From Fonticula alba ATCC 38817 (Eukaryota > Protista > Nucleariida): a stretch of DNA of 26,719 nt. The stretch is from the NCBI GenBank assembly GCA_000388065.2, contig KB932208.1. One strand, given 5' to 3'. A model generated the notes under the pieces. That model had not been told where the DNA came from. It worked only from the letters and a program-made list of their open reading frames with translations, and searched no databases. This document shows positions 1-9,873 of the stretch, piece after piece. The position numbers were made by a program, and so were the translations under genes. Each line of letters opens with the position of its first letter. Position 1 is the stretch's first letter.

Positions 1-308
1 CCCCCCCCCCCGGCTCCCGTCCCATGGCGGATCCGAGTTGCGGGACCACGCTGGCAGCAGGGGAACGGCGGAAGGCCGCGTGTGTTTCCACAACTACCCT
101 TCCTCGGGCCGGAGCAGGAAGGCCTCTTTTCAGAGGCCCCCCAGGCGCGATCTTCCGCTTTTGGCTGACATCACCCCATCTATCCCCTTTCATCTCTCCC
201 CTTCCCTCCCCTGCAATTTCCCCCTCCACCGCCCCTCCCCTCTCTCTCCTCCCCCCCCCCATACACACACACACACCCCCGCTGTCCGCTCGACCAGTCG
301 CGAACGCC

Positions 309-3300
309 ATGCCCCCTAAGCCCAGCCTTCAGAAGGGGAAGCCCGCTGCGGCGGGGCAGGTTTTCCGCCCCTCCCCTCTGTCAGGAATCCTGAACAAGCG
401 GACCCGGCCGGCCGGGGGCGCGGCGCCCCCTGCTCAGGCCCCTCCGAAAAGGCAGAAGGCCCACGCCAGCGCCGGGAAGGGCGGCCGTGCGCCCCCTCCC
501 ACTGTTGCGTCCAGCGATAGCGATGACAGCGACTTCGATGAGGATGATATGCCCCTGGATCCGGAGGACCAGTCAACCGATGTCGATGTGCTTGACTTCT
601 CCACCACGTCCAGCACCGAGGAGGACGACGACGCGTACGCCCGGGCACCCATCTGCTCCCCCAGTCCCCGCCCCCCTTGGAACCCGCGCTGACTCTCCAC
701 TCTGCTGATGCCTCTCTTCTTCCCCCCCCTCCCCCCTCCCCCCTCCCCCCTGCTGCCGCACCAACCAATCACAGGATCCGCTCTGCCCTTTTGAAGTTCA
801 TGGCGAAGGCCGGCATGAAGCCCGACACGGGCGCCCTCTCTCCGCAGGAAGATGACGACGATGATGGTGCCTCCAGCGGGGATGGCCTTGGTGATGACGA
901 TGACGAGGCTGCCTCCCCCGCCGGCACTGACGATGATGACGATGATGATGATGCGGAGGAGGAGGAGCAGAGCGACGATGACGACGACGACGATACCGGC
1001 GCTCGCCTTCTCAATGACCCGGCCCTGAAGGGAATGGGCGACCTGTCGGAGCTACTGACCGGCAACTATGCGTCGGACTCGGATGACGACGGGTCCGACG
1101 CCGAAGGCGCCGAGGAGGTGGCCCCGCCCATTGTCGACTCGGATGACGACGACTCGGACGATGGCAGCGACATCGACTACAGCGCATACATGCTGTCGGA
1201 CGAGGAGGACTCCGATGCCGAGGACGAGGCACGCGCGAAGAAGCCCGCCAAGAAGCCCGCCAAAAAGCCGACCGTCGACTCGGACTCCGACTCGGACTCC
1301 GACTCCGACATGGACATGGACATGGACTCCGATGATGAGGACGGGGAGGACGATGAGGACAGCGCCGAGGACGAGGAGCTCACCCTGGAGGATGTTCTGG
1401 CCGGCAAGACCGCTGGCCGTGGGGCCCAGCCCCCGAAGAAGGCCAAGCGCCAGACGCAGGTGGTCCTGACGCATGCCATCCTCCTGGAGTGGGAGGCGGT
1501 CCTGTCGCGGCCGGGCGAGGGGGTCGGTCTGGCCAGCAACTTCCGCAAGCTGCTGCAGGCCTTCAAGTCGGTGTGCAACCGTGCTGACGCCCTGGAGGCG
1601 GACCTGTCCTCCGGCGACGGCAAGAAGAAGCCCAAGCCCAACGAGCCGTATGTCATCAACAGCTCGGCCGGTACGTGTCGCCCTTCCCCCCGCCCCCTCC
1701 TCTTTCTCTTCCGGCCACTGTGCTCCCCTTTCCCTCCTCCCCTTCGCCCTGGTAACACCCCTCGCCGTACCTCTCTTCTCTGCCGCCCCCCCCCCCCCCT
1801 CCCCCCCGCTCGGGGGCAGTCTTCAACAAGGTCATCATCATGACCCTCAAGTACTCGGCCCCGGCGCTGGACCAGCTGCTGGGCCTGGCCCCCGGCCCGG
1901 CGCCGGCGCCGGCCGCCAACGAGATGGACGAGCTGGCCGGCGCGCCGCCGGCGCCTACGGCCGACAAGGCCGTCCCTCCGCGGGCCCCGCACACCAGCCC
2001 CCGGTGGGGCACGCATCGTCTGCTTGTCAAGGCCCTGGTCACCAACATGGCCAAGCTGCTGAGCCAGATTTCCGACGTGCGCCTCCGGTCGTACATCCTG
2101 TCGGCGGCCCGGTCCTTGGTGCCCTTCATGGCCACCTTCGGGGCGGTCATCCGCCGGCTGGTGCGCCTGCTGCTGGACCTGTGGGGCGGCTCCGAGGAGA
2201 CGGTCCGCATCTCGGCCTTCCTGCTGCTGATGCGGCTCACCCGCGAGGACATGCCGGAGGCCGTGGGGCTGTCCGTTCGCCGAGGCCTGTACATGACCTT
2301 CGTCAAGAATGCGCGCTTCGTCACGGTGCGCAATCTGTCGCATCACAACTTCCTGATCAACTGCCTGGTCGAGGCGTACGGGGCCGACCCGATCGCCGCC
2401 TACCCGCAGATGTTCATCTACATCCGGCAGATGGCCATCCACCTGCGCAGTGCCCTGAATGCCCTGTCCACCGGTGGTGGCGCCGGCGCCAAGGGCAGCG
2501 GCAAGAAGAATGCCCCGGCCCATCGGTCCCTTTACAACTGGCAGTTCCTGTCCTGCCTGCAAGCGTGGGCTCGCATCCTCGGGGCCATTTGCCATCATGA
2601 GCGTCCGCTTGCCGGCCAGGAGGGCCTCAAGGTCCTCCGGCCGTTGATCTTCCCCCTGGTGCAGGTGTGCATGGGCGCCATTCGCCTGCGCATGGCGGCC
2701 CGGTATCACCCCCTGCGACTGCACATTGTCCGCCTGCTGGTGGAGCTGTCCCAGGACACTCGGGTCTTTGTGCCGGCCCATGCGGCCCTGCTGGACATCA
2801 TCTCCCGGCTGAAGCCGACCAGTGCCTCGGGCGCGTCGCAGTCCAACCAGACCGCCCGCAAGCTGGACCTGGTGGCCGCCGTGCGTGTGCCCCGGTCCAT
2901 GTCCACCAGCCCGGCCTTCCTGGACAAGGTGCTGGAGACCAGTGCCGACCTCCTGCTCGATTGGTTTGGCGGCCTCATGTGGAACCATGTTTCCTTCCCG
3001 GAGCTGGCCACCCTGGTGACTGTGCATTTGCGCAAGTTTGTCAAGCTCAATGGCGGGCACTTCCGGTCGGCGCGCATGATCCGTGATCTCATCGCCCAGG
3101 TGCGCCTTTGTCCCCCTTTTGTGGCCATGCCTGCCCTCTTTCTCTTTTCTCCTTTTTTTTTTTCCTCCCCTGCTCCTCAGTCTCCCTCTTCTCCGGTTGT
3201 GGTGCGAAGGCGGGGAGAATGCTCTCTGCTGAACCTCACTATTGACTCGAATGTGCACACTCCCTTCCTCCTCTTCTCCTTGCTTTCTCCTCCTGCTCTC

Positions 3301-4304
3301 TCCTCCTGCTCTCTCTTCCTGCTCTCTCCTCCTGCCCTCTTCTCCTGCCCTCTTCTCCTTGCTCTCTCCTCCTGCTCTCTCCTCCTGCTCTCTNNNNNNN
3401 NNNNNNNNNNNNNNNNNNNNNNNNNNNNNNNNNNNNNNNNNNNNNNNNNNNNNNNNNNNNNNNNNNNNNNNNNNNNNNNNNNNNNNNNNNNNNNNNNNNN
3501 NNNNNNNNNNNNNNNNNNNNNNNNNNNNNNNNNNNNNNNNNNNNNNNNNNNNNNNNNNNNNNNNNNNNNNNNNNNNNNNNNNNNNNNNNNNNNNNNNNNN
3601 NNNGCTCTCTCCTCCTGCTCTCTTCTCCTTGCTCTCTCCTCCTGCTCTCTCCTCCTTGCTCTCTCCTCCTGCTCTCTCCTCCTGCTCTCTCCTCCTGCCC
3701 TCTCCTCCTGCTCTCCCCCTCCCCTCCTCCTGCTCTCCCCCTCCCCTCCTTTCTCCCCCCCTCCCCTCCTCCTGCTCTCCCCCTCCCCTCCTCCTGCTCT
3801 CCCCCTCCCCTCCTTTCTCCCCCCCTCGCCACTCTGCAGCTCGAGACCCACTCGACCATTGTCGACAAGTACCGCCAGGAGCACGCCCTGACCCCGGTGG
3901 CGGCACTTCACCACCTGGAGCCCGAGCAGGCCGCCGAGAAGCCCGTCAATGCCCTGTGGCTGGATCTGCCGGTCGACACCGACCTGCACCACTTCTACCT
4001 CAACGCCACGCACATTCGCATCAGCCGCCTGGCCGTGCTTGGCATTGTGCCCCAGTCGTCGGTGCCCCCGGCGCCGACCACCTCCGAGAGTGACATCGCC
4101 GAGATCGACTCCATGCCCGGCCTCGGGGCCGCTGCCGCCGGGGAGGGCGTCACCGAGCACAAGAAGAAGACCAAGAAGGCCGCCAAGAAGGCCGCCAAGA
4201 AGAAGCTGGCCCTCTCGGTGCAGGACGCCTCGGCCCTGGATGACAGCCAGTTCGATGATGAGGTTTACGATATCAGCAAGTGGAGCAGTGACGAGGACAA
4301 CTGA
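309..4304 (+). CDS. NOC2: Nucleolar complex protein 2 (Noc2/NOC2L) homolog. Exons 309-634, 775-1670, 1820-3099, 3840-4304; 988 aa
   Basis: Exons join in phase at GT..AG sites (GTACGC, GTACGT, GTGCGC donors), total 2967 nt = 989 codons. Splicing restores Noc2-like motifs YVINSSAVFNKVIIMTLKY, VRLLLDLWGGSEETVRISAFLLL, GLYMTFVKNARF, NFLINCLVEAY, AYPQMFIYIRQMAIHLRSAL, LYNWQFLSCLQAWARIL, RYHPLRLHIVRLL, HVSFPEL and LIAQLETHSTIVDKYR. Long acidic N-terminal region. Family recognised from memory, no search run. Confidence 0.92.
3265..3825 (+). repeat. Pyrimidine-rich degenerate minisatellite (units built on CTCCTCCTGCTCTC / CCCCTCCCCTCC) filling NOC2 intron 3, interrupted by a 210-N gap
   Basis: CTCCTGCTCT cores recur on both sides of the gap (3394-3603); the sequence is almost exclusively C/T. 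Confidence 0.85.
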
Positions 4305-4470
4305 GAGGGAAGGATCCCTCCCCCCCCCCCCGCCTCCCCCACCCCCACCCACCGCACCACGCGCCCCAACCCACCCACCACCCCTAAGACGCAAACACCA
4401 ACAACACAAAAAATAACAACACCCCAAGAAAGGGCCCCCCCCCCCCCCCGCTTCCTCCTCACACAGACAC

Positions 4471-4509
4471 CACATACACACACACACACACACACGCACA
4501 TGCACACAC
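4471..4509 (+). repeat. Imperfect (CA)n microsatellite downstream of NOC2
   Basis: Directly visible CACATACACACACACACACACACACGCACA. Confidence 0.85.
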
Positions 4510-5130
4510 GACAACCGTGCGGCATTCCAATTAAGGCAGCATGGCGCCCCGTCCGAAGCCCCCTCATCCACCACCAATAGATCAATTTGCAGACCTGCGA
4601 AGAGCGTTGGCAACTGTGCGTCCGCCCTGTCGTTGGCCATTCGGGCGGCGATTGTGGGGTCAGCGCGGCGCCCGGCGGCGGGCGAGGCCCGGCCGGGAGG
4701 GCCGGAAAGCAAGCCACCCGCCGGGGGAAGGCGCGTGTGTCGGCATGATGGCGTCTGTCTTTGACGCCGGGCCCTCCGCGCCGGCAGGGGCCCTGGGCCA
4801 GCGGGCATGCACCAACTGAAAGGGCACCCCATGTCCGGCGATCGCCAACGACGGATGAGCTATCCATCTCCCATCGGTCCTCCGCCTCCCCTCGGTTGTC
4901 CTCTTTCCCGAGCCTCGTACTTTGGTTCTTGCAACTTACTGCCCTCCTTTTGATCGCGCTCCGTCCCTCGGCAGCCCTCTGGCCCCTGGGTCCCTCCTTT
5001 CCAGGCGGTCTTTTGGCGTGAAGAACGGCTTGGGCGAAAGGCTCAGCCCATCTGCCGCCGCCGCCGCCCCCCTCGCCCGGCTCTCGCCTCCCGTCCAAGG
5101 GCCTGTGAGGGCGAGCCCGCTTTGCCCAAC

Positions 5131-5799
5131 ATGGAGGCGCGCGGTCCTCCTGCTCGTCGCCGGGCCCTCCTGCCAAGCACCTTGACAATCGCCCTGCCCC
5201 GGGCCCACGCGGCGAAGGCCCGCCAGCTGAGGCATGTCCTCCCCGGACAGGGGCCAGGCTCCCGAGGGCGAGTCCCACCCCGAGCCACCAAACGGCCAGC
5301 CAGGCCCCCACTTCGGCCCGTGGCCACGAGGCGATGCTCCGGCATGGGCACCCCCCCTGGACAGCCGAAGCCAACCACCAAACGCCAAGCCGGGCCTCAA
5401 AGGGCACGCTCGCCGATGGGCGTGTCCAGGCCCCTGGCCCAGGCGGCCTGGTGGCAGCCAGCACACACAGCCGCCGCCGGGGGTCCTGCCACGTCGGTCG
5501 CAGGACCAAAGGCCGCCGAGAGGGGCCTCCCCGCCCCGGGCCCCGGGCCGCGATGCCACCCCCCGCACCCCGGCGCGACATATAGCGCGGCGGCCTATGG
5601 CGCGGGCTTTTGCCTCGGGCTGCTGGTGATCGGGCATGTGCTCCTCCTCCTGTGCCTGGTCGTGGGTGTGGCTGCCCGGCGACGGCGACGGCGCCGGCGT
5701 GGGCACGCCACGTGCCCGGGCCGAGAGGCCGCGCTGGATCACCTGATCGAGGATATGCGCAGGTGCCCCCGAAAGGTCTATCTGTTCGATGGGCAGTAG
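5131..5799 (+). CDS. Hypothetical single-pass membrane protein, 222 aa from ATG 5131; 5' end uncertain
   Basis: ATG in good context (aacATGG). The last ~100 codons are strongly GC3-biased. Hydrophobic segment GAGFCLGLLVIGHVLLLLCLVVGVAA is followed by R8 (positive-inside pattern). The frame is open back to a possible acceptor TTTCCAG at 5004, so upstream exons are possible. No family recognised. Confidence 0.5.
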   Translation: MEARGPPARRRALLPSTLTIALPRAHAAKARQLRHVLPGQGPGSRGRVPPRATKRPARPPLRPVATRRCSGMGTPPGQPKPTTKRQAGPQRARSPMGVSRPLAQAAWWQPAHTAAAGGPATSVAGPKAAERGLPAPGPGPRCHPPHPGATYSAAAYGAGFCLGLLVIGHVLLLLCLVVGVAARRRRRRRRGHATCPGREAALDHLIEDMRRCPRKVYLFDGQ

Positions 5800-7680
5800 C
5801 ACGCGCGCGCCGAATGAGCAGCATGAGCCCCCGCGGACGGGCGCGCCCAGGAGAACGCACTCGCGAATGGGCCATTTTCACACTTATGTGCACCGAACCC
5901 CCGGATTCTCCGGCGCCCGCCGCGCTCGGGGGGGCACGGTTCACCCTTTAGGTCGCCGGGCTGCACGCGCGGGCTCCCCCGAGAGCGGCCTTTTCACGCT
6001 GGCACGCACCCTCCCCCCCCCCCCCCGGCCCTTGCTGTTTCTCGCAGCTCGTGCCGTTCCTTCGGCCGGCGAGAGGGCCGCCGCCGGCGGGGAACACCCG
6101 GTGGCAGGTTGACCATGGCTGTTGGGGGGGGGGGGGCGGGGGCCCTCCTGGGCCGGTGCTGGGGGCGCGCCCGAGGCGGGCCGTTGTACTCTCCCCGGCG
6201 AGGAAGGAGGGGGCATCGGAGCCCGACGCCATGGTGCAGACTTTGATTGAAAAATCGCACCGCCTCGAAGCGCACATGCGCTTCGGTGCGCAGCCCCCCC
6301 CCCCCTTCCCCCCGGGGGGGGACCGAGTAGGTGAGGATCCAAAAATGAAATGCCCCAGGGCTGGCCCCTCGCCGCTTTCCTGCAGTCGGGCGGGGAAAGA
6401 ATCTCACCGGGCGTGGGCGCCGCAAAAAGTGGCGTGAGGGGTTCGGCGGGGGATCTCCAGCCGATCGGATGATGTTCCGGCGCTGTCGGGAGCGGGGGCA
6501 CCAGCCGGTTGTGGCCGAGGGGGGGGGGGGCACAGCTCGGACGTTACGCGCGCGCGCGCGCCCGCATGCGCGTCTCTGCATGCACCTGGGGGTCTTTCGG
6601 AAAATGAGGCAGGGCGCGGGCGGGACAGTGTAGTTAGTGGCCGGAAGGGGGCGGCCCTGCGGCGGGGGGGCAGCCCTCCAACGGAGAAAGGGCCGGCCGG
6701 GGGGGGGGAGGGGCCGGCCGGGGCCAGGGCGGTGACGGCTGCGGCAGGAGGATGCGCGAGTGGAGCCGCCGGGCGCCGCGCGCGTGTGTGCGTGTGTGTG
6801 TGTGTGTGAGTGTGCATGCCGTGTGGCCTCCGTCCACCCAAGGGAGCGGCAGGGAATGGCATGGCGGCAGGAGAGCAGCGCGGGCGCCGCTGGCGTTGAA
6901 GCGCACGAACCCACAGATTAAGACCCGCTGCACGCGGGTCTCGGCCCGGGGCGCGGCGATGGGGGTGACATTCGCCGACGAGAGGAGCCGGCGCCGGCTG
7001 GTGTCCAGTTCCCGGCGGCGATGTGGCCGGACCCCGGGGGAACCTTGGCTTGTGGGGGCCACTCCCCCCCCCCCGGTGAAATGAGCGTGGAGGTGTTCGG
7101 CAACATGGGGTGGGAACCGCGGGGCCTTGTGGCCCTCGATTGCGACGCCAGCCTGCTCGAGGCCCCCTGCGTTCTTTCCTGCCGCACGGCAGCGTAGTCG
7201 CTCGCAACCGGGCGCAGACGCATGGCAACGCGGGGGGGGGGGGGGGCGGGCGGCCGGGCGAGGGACCCATCCTCGGGCCGGGCAGTGGTCGGAAAAAATG
7301 TGACGCCGGAACCCAGCCCTCGACCACGCCAGAGGAACCTGCACAGCCGCCCTCTCGGCGGGTCGCGCACGCCCATGCGCCCCCGGGGGCGGCCTGCTTG
7401 TCGGCCGGCATTTGCCTCCTCCCCTTGGAACAGGCGGAGGGAATCTGGCAGGGTCGATGGCCTGCCTGTCCCCGTGCCAGGCAGGGGAAGGGCGGCCGAG
7501 GGGGGTGGCCGGACTCCCGGACCAGCCCGTCCCTCGGGCCTGCCTGTCCGGGCCGCGAACTCCCCCGCGCCTCGCCCCCTCCCGCCCATACCAGGCACAC
7601 ATACGCGCGCGCGCGCGCACTGACAGGGAGCCCGGCCCGATGTGCATGTCCACCTGTCTGCCGGGCGAGGAAGAAGCGCC

Positions 7681-7713
7681 AGGCGAGGCGAGGCGAGGCG
7701 AGGCGAGGCGAGG
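7681..7713 (+). repeat. (AGGCG)6 pentanucleotide tandem repeat
   Basis: Directly visible upstream of the MTHFR gap. Confidence 0.9.
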
Positions 7714-7819
7714 ATGCCCCCCTCTTCGGTGGAGTGCGAAGGACTACCTCAAGGGGGGCCGCCCCGCGGTCGCGGCGACCAGGTCCCTATGCATGCTTCT
7801 CCTTCTCCGCCCCCCCCCC

Positions 7820-8123
7820 NNNNNNNNNNNNNNNNNNNNNNNNNNNNNNNNNNNNNNNNNNNNNNNNNNNNNNNNNNNNNNNNNNNNNNNNNNNNNNNNN
7901 NNNNNNNNNNNNNNNNNNNNNNNNNNNNNNNNNNNNNNNNNNNNNNNNNNNNNNNNNNNNNNNNNNNNNNNNNNNNNNNNNNNNNNNNNNNNNNNNNNNN
8001 NNNNNNNNNNNNNNNNNNNNNNNNNNNNNNNNNNNNNNNNNNNNNNNNNNNNNNNNNNNNNNNNNNNNNNNNNNNNNNNNNNNNNNNNNNNNNNNNNNNN
8101 NNNNNNNNNNNNNNNNNNNNNNN
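7820..8123. other. Assembly gap (304 N), probably hiding the MTHFR exon encoding SFEFFPPK
   Basis: N run flanked by poly-C on both sides. The conserved N-terminal MTHFR motif is not visible in the sequenced flanks. Confidence 0.7.
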
Positions 8124-8156
8124 CCCCCCCCCCCTGGTGGCCGACCCACCGCACAG

Positions 8157-9370
8157 GGCAAGATCAACCTGCTGAACCGCTTTGAGCGCATGAAGGCTCT
8201 TGGGCCGTCCTTCATCGACATCACCTGGGGCGCCGGTGGGTCCACCAGTGCCACCACCCTGGAGCTGACCCTGGCCGCGCAGAAGGAGATTGGCCTGAAC
8301 ACCTGCATGCACCTGACCTGCACCAACATGGACCGCGAGCAGATCGACCACGCCCTGGAGACCTGCCACGCCAACGGGGTCCAGAACATCCTGGCGCTGC
8401 GGGGCGGTATGTTGCCCGGCGGCATGGGCGCCAGCCGGCTTCGGCTGTGGCCCCCTCCCCCTGCTCCTCCTCCTTTTCCTGCTCGGGCCCCCGCCCCGCC
8501 TGACGGCCACTGACCGCCCATCTGGCTGCCACTCGTGTCCTTTCCAGACCCTCCCCAGGGCCAGGAGCGCTGGGTGGCCACTGATTGCAACTTCTCCTAC
8601 GGCTCGGACCTGGTCAAGTACATCCGCCAGAAGTACGGCGACCACTTCTGCATCGCGGTGGCCGGCTACCCGGAGGGGCACCAGGACAACGAGTGCAAGG
8701 AGTCCGACCTGCAGCACCTCAAGAGCAAGGTCGACGCCGGGGCCGACTTCATTGTCACCCAGCTCTTCTACGACGTCGAGGAGTACCTGCGCTTTGTTGC
8801 TCGCTGCCGCGCCATCGGTATGTTGCCCATGTGCTCCCCGGGGATCCATGGCAGCGAGGGGGGCCGGGGCCTTTCTTTTTCCTTTTTCCTTCTTTTTTTT
8901 TTGCTTGCTTGCTTCCCTCCCGAACGAGTGGCCCGCACACCCGCTCCTCTGCCTGCCCGCTCGCCCGCTGACCGGTCCATTCGCATTTTTCGTGTGGCTT
9001 TCACCCTTGCCGATGGCTCGGCACAGGCATCACCTGCCCCATCCTGCCTGGCATCATGCCCATCTACACCCACGCCGGGTGGACTCGCATGACGACCATG
9101 TGCAAGGTGGCCGTCCCGCCGGCCATGGCTGCCCGTATGGAGGAGCTCAAGGATTCCCCGGAGGAGGTCCTGGCCTACGGCGAGGACTTCATTGTCCAGA
9201 TGATGACCCAGCTGCAGGAGGCCGGCGTCAAGCAGTTCCACATCTACACCCTCAACCAGGATGCCCTGGTGACTCGCATCCTGCGCCGTCTGGATCTCCT
9301 CCAGGAGGAGTCCCCGAAGTCGGCCTCTCTGCCGTCGACCGCCCCCACCTCTCCCAGCAACTCTCCCTAA
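8157..9370 (+). CDS. MTHFR: Methylenetetrahydrofolate reductase, catalytic domain only, 5'-partial. Exons 8157-8406, 8548-8817, 9027-9370; 287 aa visible
   Basis: Splicing at two GTATGT..CAG introns restores NLLNRFERM, FIDITWGAGGS, TCMHLTCTN, NILALRGDPP, IAVAGYPEGH, KVDAGADFIVTQLFYD, CPILPGIMPI and HIYTLN. Stop TAA at 9368-9370. Confidence 0.95.
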
Positions 9371-9873
9371 GAAGGAGAACGGGCGATGGGGGCGACCCGG
9401 CACCCGGTGCACCTATGCTGCTCTCCCCGGCGTGCGGGGGTGTGCCTGCGCGCATGCATCGCCCCTGGCCATGGCCCGGGGGGGAAGGGGCGGGGAAGGC
9501 CTGAGTCGGAAGGCCTCCCCTCCCCCCGCTCCCCACTCCCTTGCAGACAGAGATAGACTAGTCAATATATACATATACATACACGTAGGACCCAGGATGG
9601 GCAAACGGGTGCACCCACATCAGCGTCCTCCCTTGAGGCGCCCGACCCCCCTCCTCTCGCTCGCAAACACTCCGCCCCTCCCGCTCCTCTGTCTGCTACC
9701 TCGTTGGCCCCCTGCGTGGTTGGGTGCGGTGTCAGCACGGGGGGGGGGCGAAGAAAATGGATACCTGACTCCGCCCCAGCCTCCATCCCACCTGGGAAGG
9801 ACAAACAGATAACCAGGCGAGGGTGGGCCGGCCAGGGAGAAGCAGAAGAGACATCGATGATGCGGTGGTTTCA

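Noticed and set aside
1840-3891. ORF track suggests NOC2 reads through intron 3 as a 683-aa frame
   Set aside because: The C/T repeat simply lacks stops and includes Ns; splicing 3099 to 3840 restores the conserved Noc2 C-terminus.
1177-3906. 909-aa minus-strand ORF (also 7749-8849 opposite MTHFR and 21343-23067 opposite the subtilase)
   Set aside because: These are antisense shadows of GC3-biased real genes, extended by repeats and N gaps; they carry no family motifs.
4761-5021. Signal-peptide-like stretch LVLWFLQLTALLLIALRPSAA
   Set aside because: No ATG in that frame (the track start is TTG). It is the translation of a pyrimidine-rich, intron-like tract ending in TTTCCAG at 5004.
8124-8156. 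PTAQG upstream of the MTHFR exon resembles the conserved PKTxxG
   Set aside because: The preceding residues (PPGGR) do not fit FFPPK and the DNA is a C-run ending in CACAG like other acceptors. Treated as intron, though not fully excluded.
9371-9873. Stop-codon readthrough or an extra exon supplying the MTHFR regulatory domain
   Set aside because: I saw no regulatory-domain motifs downstream, and the space before the convergent gene is too small.
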